Source of the DNA: an uncultured Actinomycetota bacterium | GTDB taxonomy: Bacteria > Actinomycetota > Actinomycetes > Actinomycetales > CAWJMD01 | Assembly: GCA_963843835.1 (NCBI GenBank) | Contig: CAWJMD010000008.1 | Coordinates: forward strand, 1,036,706-1,100,705 | Direction: 5' to 3' | DNA length: 64,000 nucleotides | In this document: positions 32,017 to 40,158 of the stretch, piece after piece | Numbering within the stretch: the first letter of the stretch is position 1 | Layout: each line of letters begins with the position of its first letter | Notes under the pieces: model-generated | Databases searched by the model: none | What the model saw: the letters and a program-made list of their open reading frames with translations, nothing else | Told to the model about the DNA's origin: nothing | Position numbers and translations under genes: made by a program

Positions 32017-33693
32017 TCACGCGACGACGCGGAGGATCTCCTCGATCGAGGTCACACCGCCCATGACCTTGGCCCAGCCGTCGTTGCGCAGGGAGACCAT
32101 CCCCTGGGCGGCGGCGGTCTTCTCGATCTCGGCGGCCGAGGCGCGGGAGACGGCCAGGCGCTCGATCTCCTCGCTGACGGTCATCACCTCGTGCAGCGCC
32201 AGTCGTCCCTTGTACCCCGTGCGCGAGCAGGAGGAGCACCCGACGGGACGGAACAGCGTGGGCACCGACTCGCCAGGAGCCCAGGGGAACCGCGCGCCGG
32301 TGAGCTCGGCCTCGCTCGGCTCGTACTCCTCCTTGCACTTGGGACACAGTCGCCGGGCGAGCCGCTGGGCCAGCACGCTGTCGAGGGCGGACCCGACCAG
32401 GAAGGGCTCGATGCCCATCTCGGTCAGACGCGTGATCGCCGACGGCGCGTCGTTGGTGTGGAGGGTCGACAGCACGAGGTGTCCGGTCAGCGAGGCCTCG
32501 ATCGCGATCTGGGCCGTCTCGTGGTCACGGATCTCACCGATCAGCACCACGTCGGGGTCGGACCGCAGGATCGAGCGCAGGGCGGACGAGAAGGTCAGGC
32601 CGGCCTTGGGGTTGACCTGGACCTGGTTGATGCCCGGGAGCCGGTACTCGACCGGGTCCTCGACCGTGATCACGTTGATCTCGGGCTTGGACACGATGTT
32701 GAGCGTCGCGTACAGAGTGGTCGACTTGCCGGAGCCGGTCGGACCGGTCACCAGGATCATCCCGTAGGGCTTGATGTAGCTCGTCCGGTAGCGCTCGAAG
32801 TTGCTCTCGGAGAAGCCGAGGTCGGCCAGGTCGAGCCGCGCCGTCGAGTTGTCGAGCACACGCATGACGACCTTCTCGCCCCACACCGTCGGCAGGGTCG
32901 CCACGCGCAGGTCGATCTTCTTGCCGTTCGTCGTGACCGAGAGCCGGCCGTCCTGGGGGATGCGGCGCTCGGCGATGTCGATGTCCGACATGATCTTGAG
33001 CCGGGACACCACGCCGCCGGCGATCTGCTTGGGCGAGCGCATCACCTCGTGCAGCACGCCGTCGATGCGGTAGCGGACGCGGAGCTCGTGCTCGGCCGGC
33101 TCGATGTGGATGTCGGACGCACGGTCCTGGATCGCCTGCGTGATGAGCAGGTTCACGTACTTGACGATCGGGGCGTCCTCGACGATCTCGGTGAGCTGAC
33201 TGAGGTCATCGTCCTCGTCCGCGTCCGTCATCGCCGTGGTCAGGTCGTCGAGCTCGCCGTCGGCACGGCAGAACCGGTCGATGGCGGCCAGCAGGTCGTC
33301 GCGCGTGGCGACGACCGGGCGCACGTCGAGTCCGGTGATCTGGCGGACGTCATCGAGCGCGAAGACGTTGCCCGGGTCGGCCATCGCCAGCACGAGCTTG
33401 CCCTCGTCGTAGCCCACCGGCAGCACGGTGTGACGCCGGCAGACGGCGGCCGACACGCGGGCCACGGCCGAGCCGTCGACAGATGCCTCGGCGAGGTCGA
33501 TGAAGTCCAGGCCGATCTGCTCGGAGAGTGCCGCCACCAGCTGCGACTCGGTGAGGAGCCCCTGCTCGACGAGCACACGCCCCAGCGGCCGCCCCTCCTG
33601 CTCGTGGACGTCGAACGCCGCGACCAGCTGTTCCTCGGTGACGAGCCCGTCCTCGAGCAGGATGTCGACGAACTGGCGCACACCTGTGGTCAT
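32017..33693 (-). CDS. pilB: Type IV pilus assembly ATPase PilB (GspE family)
   Basis: 558 aa. N-terminal T2SSE_N/MshEN-like domain, Walker A GPTGSGKSTT, Walker B VLIGEIRD, and tetracysteine CPKC...CSSC. Confidence 0.93.
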   Translation of the reverse strand: MTTGVRQFVDILLEDGLVTEEQLVAAFDVHEQEGRPLGRVLVEQGLLTESQLVAALSEQIGLDFIDLAEASVDGSAVARVSAAVCRRHTVLPVGYDEGKLVLAMADPGNVFALDDVRQITGLDVRPVVATRDDLLAAIDRFCRADGELDDLTTAMTDADEDDDLSQLTEIVEDAPIVKYVNLLITQAIQDRASDIHIEPAEHELRVRYRIDGVLHEVMRSPKQIAGGVVSRLKIMSDIDIAERRIPQDGRLSVTTNGKKIDLRVATLPTVWGEKVVMRVLDNSTARLDLADLGFSESNFERYRTSYIKPYGMILVTGPTGSGKSTTLYATLNIVSKPEINVITVEDPVEYRLPGINQVQVNPKAGLTFSSALRSILRSDPDVVLIGEIRDHETAQIAIEASLTGHLVLSTLHTNDAPSAITRLTEMGIEPFLVGSALDSVLAQRLARRLCPKCKEEYEPSEAELTGARFPWAPGESVPTLFRPVGCSSCSRTGYKGRLALHEVMTVSEEIERLAVSRASAAEIEKTAAAQGMVSLRNDGWAKVMGGVTSIEEILRVVA

Positions 33694-33798
33694 CGTCGTC
33701 CTCTCGCGGCAGACAGGTCATCCCGAGGCGCCCGTACAGGGGCCACGGCTCAGCATCGGTCGGACCGGGCCCCGGCTTGAACGCGGACGCCGAAGCGG

Positions 33799-34641
33799 TC
33801 AGCGGACCGTGCTCACCGCGGCCCGCATCGCCGCCACCGACGGCGTTCTCCCCGTCCACAGGCGCACCTGCTCCCTGGCCTGGTGCACGAGCATACTCAG
33901 CCCGTCGACCACCGTCCCGCCGCCCGCCTGCCACGCGGACGCGAGCCGCGTGGGCCAGGGGTCGTAGACGACGTCGAGCAGCACGCCGCTCCACCGCTCG
34001 CCCTTGCGGGCCGACTCGTCCAGGACCGACGCGAGGCCGTCCCCCGCGCCGGCGGGCGCCGTCGAGACCACGACGTCGGCGGCGCGCAGCACGTCGCCCA
34101 CCGCCGCGTCGCTCCAGTCCGCCAGGTGCGGCTGGGCGCCGAGCCGTTCCGCGGCGCCCAGCACCGGCGTCGCGCGGGCCCGGGACCGCACCACCACGAC
34201 CGGTTCGCGGCAGCCCAGCGCGGCGAGAGCCGCGACGGCCGAAGCCGCGGTGGCGCCCCCGCCCAGCACGACACACCCCGGGTCGACGGCGCGGTCCACC
34301 CCGCCCTCGCCCAGCGCACCCACGATGCCGCCCACGTCGGTGTTGTCTCCGCGCCGCCGACGGCGGCCGCCGGTCGCGGCCGGCTCGAACGTCAGGGTGT
34401 TGACCGCCCCGACCTGCAAGGCCAGGGGCGACGCCTCGTCGAGCAGCGGAAGCACCGCCTGCTTGAGCGGCATCGTCAGCGAGAGACCCACCCACTCCGG
34501 TCCGAGCGAGTCGACGAAGGACGCGAGGCCGTCCTCGGTCACCTCGAACCTCTCGTAGGCCCAGTCGTCCAGACCCAGCTCGCGGTGGGCCGCGGCATGC
34601 AGCAGCGGTGACAGGGAGTGCGCGACCGGGGAGCCGAGCAC
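33799..34641 (-). CDS. aroE: Shikimate dehydrogenase
   Basis: 280 aa: VLGSPVAHSLSPLLHAAAH...NTD.... The GTG start at 34641 is the first listed. The true start could be a few codons upstream. Confidence 0.85.
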   Translation of the reverse strand: MLGSPVAHSLSPLLHAAAHRELGLDDWAYERFEVTEDGLASFVDSLGPEWVGLSLTMPLKQAVLPLLDEASPLALQVGAVNTLTFEPAATGGRRRRRGDNTDVGGIVGALGEGGVDRAVDPGCVVLGGGATAASAVAALAALGCREPVVVVRSRARATPVLGAAERLGAQPHLADWSDAAVGDVLRAADVVVSTAPAGAGDGLASVLDESARKGERWSGVLLDVVYDPWPTRLASAWQAGGGTVVDGLSMLVHQAREQVRLWTGRTPSVAAMRAAVSTVR

Positions 34642-34666
34642 GGCCGCCCGGTGCTGCGCGCTCAGG

Positions 34667-35965
34667 TCAGCCGCCGTTCTCGGCCTGCCAGCGCCGGTAC
34701 TCGGCCACGAACTGCTCGAACTCGGCCGCGTCGGCGGTGAACTTGGTCTCGCCCGTGTCGGGGTTGACCGTCACGAAGTACAACCAGTCGCCGGGCGTCG
34801 GGGTCTCGACCGCCTGGATCGCCGCTTGCCCCGGGGCACCGATCGGCCCCGGCGGGAGACCGGTGTTGACCCTCGTGTTGTACGGCGAGTCGACGGCCAG
34901 GTCGCTCTTCGACAGGGACAGCCCACGCTTCTGCAGAGCGAAGTTCACCGTGGAGTCCATGCCCAGGGGCATGTTCTTGTCCAGGCGGTTCTGGATCACG
35001 GTGGCGATCTTGGCCATGTCCTCCGGGAGCGTGCCCTCGTTCTGGACGATGCTCGCCCGGATCAGCACGTCCCGGCGCTCGGCGGCGGGCACGCCCGCCT
35101 CGTCCATGGCCTGGACGTGCCGGGCCACCATGGAGGCGAGCACCTGGACCGGGGTCACGTCCGGGTCGAACGAGTAGGTGGCCGGGAAGTAGTAGCCCTG
35201 CGGGTCACCCCCGGCCTCCGGAGGCAGGCTGACGGCCGGGTCCTTGGCCGCCTCCTCGAGCTGCTCGACGCTGAAGCCGGTCTCCTGCGAGATGGCCGAG
35301 TAGATCTCGGGCACCCAGAGCCCCTCCCTCACCTGCACGGTGACGGAGATCTTCGACGCCGGGTCGAGCAGCAGGGCCAGCGCCTCGGCGGCGGCCATCT
35401 CACGCTTCAGCTCGTACGTGCCCGGCTGCAGCGAGCCGGACCGGGGCTCGACGCGCGCGGCGTCCACGAAGGCACCGGCCGTGAGCACGACCCCGGCCTC
35501 CTCGAGCGACTGCCCGATCGCTCGTCCGGTGTCGCCCGGGTTGATCACGACCTCGACCGACCCGGTTCCGGGACCCGCGTAGTCGCTGGGGGCGCCGAAG
35601 CCGTCGACGAGCGGGCGCAGCCACGTCCAGGCGGCGAAGACGGCGCCACCGAACAGCGCGAGGCAGACCAGGAGCACGACGAACGTGCGTCGGCGGCGGA
35701 CCTGACGGCGCCGCTTGCGCAGCCGCTCCTCCCGCTGGGGGCGGCGTCCCTCGTGCGCGGGCTCCGGCGCGAGCACCTCGTGGTCGTCGTAGCCGTCCCA
35801 CTCGTGCTCGTGCTCGTGCGCCGGCTCCTCGTGCACGGGGTGGTCGTGCTCGTCGAGGGCGTGCTCGTCGACGCCGTGCTCGTCGAGGGCGTGCTCATCG
35901 ACGGCGTGGTCGTAGGGCTCGTCGTCGCGTCGCGGCGAACGTGCCTGGTCGAACAGGTCGCTCAT
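34667..35965 (-). CDS. mltG: Endolytic murein transglycosylase MltG (YceG family) with acidic/His-rich N-terminal tail
   Basis: 432 aa with a TM helix (TFVVLLVCLALFGGAVFAAW) and a YceG domain: ...SIVQNEG...DSTVNFAL...[21 protein letters not shown].... Confidence 0.88.
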   Translation of the reverse strand: MSDLFDQARSPRRDDEPYDHAVDEHALDEHGVDEHALDEHDHPVHEEPAHEHEHEWDGYDDHEVLAPEPAHEGRRPQREERLRKRRRQVRRRRTFVVLLVCLALFGGAVFAAWTWLRPLVDGFGAPSDYAGPGTGSVEVVINPGDTGRAIGQSLEEAGVVLTAGAFVDAARVEPRSGSLQPGTYELKREMAAAEALALLLDPASKISVTVQVREGLWVPEIYSAISQETGFSVEQLEEAAKDPAVSLPPEAGGDPQGYYFPATYSFDPDVTPVQVLASMVARHVQAMDEAGVPAAERRDVLIRASIVQNEGTLPEDMAKIATVIQNRLDKNMPLGMDSTVNFALQKRGLSLSKSDLAVDSPYNTRVNTGLPPGPIGAPGQAAIQAVETPTPGDWLYFVTVNPDTGETKFTADAAEFEQFVAEYRRWQAENGG

Positions 35966-36498
35966 CCGGGAGTGGCCTCCTGGGCACTCGGGGGCGGGCC
36001 CTCCGCCACCGGTCCGGGGTCCACCAGCGACCCGGGTGCGCGTCCCGACGCCCTCTCGGCGTCGAGCGCGCTCTGCAGCACCACCACCGCGGCCACCTGG
36101 TCCACGACGACGCGGTGCCTACGTCCCTTCACCCCTGCGCCGCGGAGCTGCTGGTGGGCAGCGACGGTGCTGAGACGCTCGTCCACCAACCGCACCGGCG
36201 TGGGTGCCAGCAGGCGGGCGAGGTCGACAGCGTAGCCCCGTGCGAGCGTGGCGGCGGGACCCTCCCGTCCCGACAGGGAGAGGGGCAGTCCGACGACGAC
36301 CTCGATCGCATCCCGTCGGGCCGCTTCGGCGACGACCTCCCGCAGGTCAGCGTCACCCGCCTCGTCGCGGGCCAGGGTGTCGACCGCCGAGGCCAGCAGC
36401 CCGTCGGGGTCGCTGGCCGCGAGCCCGACGCGCACCGACCCGACGTCGACGCCGAGCCGGACCCCCCGCCGCATCGCGGGTCGGTCGCCCCCGGTCAT
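35962..36498 (-). CDS. ruvX: Holliday-junction-resolvase-like nuclease RuvX (YqgF)
   Basis: 178 aa: ...RLGVDVGSVRVGLAASD...VVGLPLSLSG...VDERLST.... ATGA overlap with mltG. Confidence 0.85.
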   Translation of the reverse strand: MTGGDRPAMRRGVRLGVDVGSVRVGLAASDPDGLLASAVDTLARDEAGDADLREVVAEAARRDAIEVVVGLPLSLSGREGPAATLARGYAVDLARLLAPTPVRLVDERLSTVAAHQQLRGAGVKGRRHRVVVDQVAAVVVLQSALDAERASGRAPGSLVDPGPVAEGPPPSAQEATPG

Positions 36499-36508
36499 CG
36501 GGAGGACC

Positions 36509-39202
36509 TCATCGACCAGCCGTGACCTTCTCGCCGACGGCGTGCTCGACGGCCTTCAGCGCCGAGCCGATGGCGCCCGCGTCGGTGCCACCGCCCTGCG
36601 CCACGTCGTCCTTGCCGCCTCCGCCGCCGCCGAGACGCTGCGCCGCGACGCGGACCAGCTCGCCCGCCTTCACGCCCCACTGCCGCGCCGCGTCGTTGGT
36701 GGCGACCACCACGAGGGGCCGTTCCTTGGCTACGCCGGCGACGGCGACCGCGACGGGTCGCTCGGTGCCGAGGCGGCCCCGCACGTCCAGCGCGAGGGAG
36801 CGCACGTCGTCCGCGGACCCGACCGCGCCGGCGTCGTGGCCGACGAACGCGACGCCGAAGACGTCGGTGGGGTTCGCCGCGAGGCTGCCGGCCGCGGCGA
36901 GCACCTGCTCGGCCGCCGAGGAGGCCAGCCGCTTCTCCGCCGCCTTGAGCTGGGCGACCAGCGCGGAGACGCGCTCGGGCAGCTCCTCGGGGCGCACCTT
37001 CAGGGTGTCGGTCAACGCCAGGACCAGCGCGCGTTCGCGCGCGAGGTCCCGGAAGGCCTCGATGCCGACGAGCGCCTCGACGCGCCGCACCCCGGCGCCG
37101 ACCGACGACTCCCCCGTCATCGCCAGCAGGCCGACCTGGCTGGAGTGCTTCACGTGGGTGCCACCGCACAGCTCGCGCGACCACTCGCCGCCCATCTCGA
37201 CGACGCGCACCTCCTCGTCGTACGTCTCGCCGAAGAGGGCAAGGGCACCGAGCTCACGAGCACGGCCCAGCGGCATGTACGTCGCCGACACCGGGAGGTC
37301 GCGACGGATCGCGAGGTTCGCCGCCTCCTCGACCTCGCTGCGCGTCTCGGTGCTGAGTCCTGACGGCCAGGCAAAGTCGAGACGGAGGTAGCCGGGCTTG
37401 TTGTACGAGCCGCTCTGCAACGCGCTCGGTCCCAGCACCTGACGCAGGGCCGCGTGCATGACGTGGGTGCCGGAGTGCGCCTGGCATGCACCGATCCGCC
37501 ACTGCTCGTCGACGCCGGCCTCGACCTGCTGGCCCTCCACCACCTCGCCGCCCGCCACCTGCACGCGGTGCACCACGAGGCCCTTGATCGGGCGCTGGAC
37601 GTCGAGCACCTCGAGCCGGAGCCCGCCGTCGCCGGTGATCACACCCGCGTCGGAGTCCTGCCCGCCCGACTCGGCGTAGAAGGGCGTCTGGTCCAGCACG
37701 ACCTCGACGACCTGGCCCGACTGCGCCGCCCGCACGCGCTCGCCGTCGAGCAGCAGGCCCCTGACCGACGTACCGGTCACGAGCTCCCGGTAGCCGGTGA
37801 ACTCGGTCGCTCCGGGCTCACGCAGCTCGCGGTACGCCGTGGTGTCCGCCCGGCCGCCCTTCTTCGCCCGTGCGTCCGCCTTCGCCCGCTCGCGCTGGGC
37901 CGTCATGAGTCGCGTGAAACCCTCGCGGTCGACCTGCACGCCCTGCTCGCCGGCCATCTCGAGGGTCAGGTCGATCGGGAACCCGTACGTGTCGTGGAGC
38001 GCGAAGGCCTGCTCGCCGGTGAGCGCAGGGACGGACGACGCGTCGGTGGTCGACTTGGCCTTCTGCACCGCAGTGTCGAGGATGGTCGTCCCGGAAGCGA
38101 GCGTCCTCCGGAACGCCTCCTCCTCGCCGTAGGCGACCTGGCTGATGCGGCCGAAGTCGCGCTCCAGCTCCGGGTAGGACTGCTTCATGCGGTCGAGCGA
38201 GACCGGAAGCAGCTCGGGCAGCGTGGTGGTGTCGACGCCCAGCAGGCGCATCGCTCTCACGCTGCGCCGCAGCAGGCGGCGCAGCACGTAGCCACGCCCC
38301 TCGTTGCCGGGGTTCACACCGTCGCCGATCAGCATCATCGACGAGCGCACGTGGTCCGCCACGACGCGCAGCCGCACGTCCGACTCGTGGTCCCGGCCGT
38401 ACCTCACGCCGCTCAGCTGGGCGGCGCGCTCGATGACGGGGTAGACCTCGTCGATCTCGTACAGGTTGTCGACGCCCTGCAGCAGGAAGGCGACCCGCTC
38501 GAGCCCCATGCCGGTGTCGATGTTCTTGCTGGGCAGGGGGCCGGCGACGTCGAAGTCCTCCTTGGAGCGGACGGCCGAGAGCTCCTCCTGCATGAAGACG
38601 AGGTTCCAGATCTCGAGGAACCGGTCCTCGTCCACCACGGGGCCACCGTCGGGGCCGTACTCGGGGCCGCGGTCGACGTAGATCTCGCTGCAGGGGCCAC
38701 CGGGCCCGGGCGCGCCCGTCGACCAGTAGTTGTCCTGGCGTCCGCGGCGCTGGATCCGCTCGTCGGGCAGGCCGGCGATGCTCTTCCACAGGCCGACGGC
38801 CTCGTCGTCGTCGAGGTAGACGGTGACCCAGATCTTGTCCGGGTCGAAGCCGTAGCCGCCCTGGTCCTGTGAGCTCGTGATCAGCTCCCAGGCGTACTCG
38901 ATCGCCCCCTCCTTGAAGTAGTCGCCGAAGGAGAAGTTGCCGTTCATCTGGAAGAACGTGCCGTGGCGGGTGGTCTTGCCGACCTCCTCGATGTCCTGCG
39001 TGCGCACGCACTTCTGCACGCTGGTCGCACGCTTCCACGGCGGCGTCTGCTGGCCGGTGAGGTAGGGGATGAAGGGCACCATGCCGGCGACCGTGAACAG
39101 CAGGGTCGGGTCGTCGCTGATCAGGGAGGCGCTCGGCACCACGGCGTGGTCCCTGGCCTCGAAGTAGCTCAGCCAGCGGCGGCGGATCTCGGCGGTCTCC
39201 AT
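36509..39202 (-). CDS. alaS: Alanine--tRNA ligase
   Basis: 897 aa from the ATG at 39202: METAEIRRRWLSYFEARDHAVVPSASL...FTVAGMVPF..., an editing-domain HxxxH (SGTHVMH)...CGGTH, and a DHHA1 tail. Confidence 0.96.
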   Translation of the reverse strand: METAEIRRRWLSYFEARDHAVVPSASLISDDPTLLFTVAGMVPFIPYLTGQQTPPWKRATSVQKCVRTQDIEEVGKTTRHGTFFQMNGNFSFGDYFKEGAIEYAWELITSSQDQGGYGFDPDKIWVTVYLDDDEAVGLWKSIAGLPDERIQRRGRQDNYWSTGAPGPGGPCSEIYVDRGPEYGPDGGPVVDEDRFLEIWNLVFMQEELSAVRSKEDFDVAGPLPSKNIDTGMGLERVAFLLQGVDNLYEIDEVYPVIERAAQLSGVRYGRDHESDVRLRVVADHVRSSMMLIGDGVNPGNEGRGYVLRRLLRRSVRAMRLLGVDTTTLPELLPVSLDRMKQSYPELERDFGRISQVAYGEEEAFRRTLASGTTILDTAVQKAKSTTDASSVPALTGEQAFALHDTYGFPIDLTLEMAGEQGVQVDREGFTRLMTAQRERAKADARAKKGGRADTTAYRELREPGATEFTGYRELVTGTSVRGLLLDGERVRAAQSGQVVEVVLDQTPFYAESGGQDSDAGVITGDGGLRLEVLDVQRPIKGLVVHRVQVAGGEVVEGQQVEAGVDEQWRIGACQAHSGTHVMHAALRQVLGPSALQSGSYNKPGYLRLDFAWPSGLSTETRSEVEEAANLAIRRDLPVSATYMPLGRARELGALALFGETYDEEVRVVEMGGEWSRELCGGTHVKHSSQVGLLAMTGESSVGAGVRRVEALVGIEAFRDLARERALVLALTDTLKVRPEELPERVSALVAQLKAAEKRLASSAAEQVLAAAGSLAANPTDVFGVAFVGHDAGAVGSADDVRSLALDVRGRLGTERPVAVAVAGVAKERPLVVVATNDAARQWGVKAGELVRVAAQRLGGGGGGKDDVAQGGGTDAGAIGSALKAVEHAVGEKVTAGR

Positions 39203-39297
39203 CAGTGATTCCTCGCGTGCTCGTGGGGTGGGGGCCCGGAGGCGCCCCGGTGGGTCGGTCCCGCCCAACGGGAGTGGCGGGGCCGGCGTGCCGCCGG

Positions 39298-39582
39298 TCA
39301 GGCCTCGGGGGTGGCGGGCTCGTGCAGCGGGTCCGCGGCGGGGTCGTCGCTGGTCGGGTCGACGTCGCCGGCCAGCGCGGTGCGCAGCTCCGCCTCACGC
39401 TCGGCGGCACCCTCGCGGACGGCGTCGGCGAAGTCGCGGAACCCGTCCGCCAGGTTGGCGATCGACTCGCCCAGGCCCTCGGACAGCCCCTGCGGCGTGT
39501 AGGTGTGCGCGGTCTGGGTGATCTTGCGGACGGCGTACACGCCGGCGGCCGCACCCAGTGCGATCCAGAAGAGACGTCCCAC
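39298..39582 (-). CDS. Small membrane-anchored protein (uncharacterised, conserved next to alaS)
   Basis: 94 aa with a GTG start. N-terminal TM helix GRLFWIALGAAAGVYAVRKI followed by an acidic helical tail. High GC3 in this frame. Confidence 0.6.
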   Translation of the reverse strand: MGRLFWIALGAAAGVYAVRKITQTAHTYTPQGLSEGLGESIANLADGFRDFADAVREGAAEREAELRTALAGDVDPTSDDPAADPLHEPATPEA

Positions 39583-39585
39583 CGG

Positions 39586-39993
39586 TCAGCCCCTCCCGCG
39601 ACGGCGTCCGCGCTTGTTCGCGCGGGTCTGCCGTCCCGTCATGGCGTTGCGCACGCCGTAGGTGAACGCAGCCACGCGGATCACCGGGGACCCGAGCGTG
39701 GCGGCGAACAGCGTGGTCAGCGCGGAGATGTTGGTGGCCACCTGCACGCCGTTGTCGGCGATCACCCCGGCCTTGGTGGTCAGGGTGTCGACCTTCTCGA
39801 GCTGGTGGTTCGTGTGGCTGATCGTCGTCGTCGCCTCACCGATGAGCGGCATCGTCTCGTCCGACAGGCCCTTGATCGTGTCGCGGGTCTGGTCCAGCAC
39901 CTTGCCCAGCTTCCACAGCGGGACGGCCAGGAAGCCGACGAGAAGCACGAAAGCCAGCGCGGCGATGAGCCCCGCGATTCCTCCAGGCGTCAT
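39586..39993 (-). CDS. DUF948-like membrane protein
   Basis: 135 aa. N-terminal TM helix (IAGLIAALAFVLLVGFLAV), then a helical region LGKVLDQTRDTIKGLSDETMPLIGEATTTISHTNHQLEKVD... and a basic C-terminus. Confidence 0.65.
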   Translation of the reverse strand: MTPGGIAGLIAALAFVLLVGFLAVPLWKLGKVLDQTRDTIKGLSDETMPLIGEATTTISHTNHQLEKVDTLTTKAGVIADNGVQVATNISALTTLFAATLGSPVIRVAAFTYGVRNAMTGRQTRANKRGRRRGRG

Positions 39994-40083
39994 CTGGACC
40001 TCTCTCGCTCAGTGGTCGGCGCAGGTCGTCCTGGCACCGTGCGCCGACCCTATCGCGGGGGGCGCGGACGCTCGCCCTGCGCT

Positions 40084-40139
40084 CGACTGGGCGCATCTGG
40101 CGCGACACGCCGGCGTGTCGCGCCAGATGCGCCCAGTCG
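40084..40139. repeat. Palindromic extragenic repeat, copy B (perfect 56-bp palindrome downstream of rarA)
   Basis: CGACTGGGCGCATCTGGCGCGACACGCC|GGCGTGTCGCGCCAGATGCGCCCAGTCG. I checked base by base that the right half is the exact reverse complement of the left. Flanking CCCTGC/GCAGGG extends it imperfectly. Confidence 0.9.
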
Positions 40140-40158
40140 GCGTTGCAGGGGGTCTCGA

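Noticed and set aside
19971-33693. Search for a secretin (PilQ), PilF/TsaP, PilY1 or a second retraction ATPase (PilU) inside the locus
   Set aside because: Every ORF of plausible coding quality in the interval is accounted for by the 13 listed genes, and none has secretin-like or PilY1-like features. Such genes could still exist elsewhere in the genome.
19868-33798. The pilus locus as a mobile genomic island
   Set aside because: I found no integrase, transposase, tRNA attachment site or flanking direct repeats at either boundary. The boundaries are ordinary intergenic regions with a hairpin terminator.
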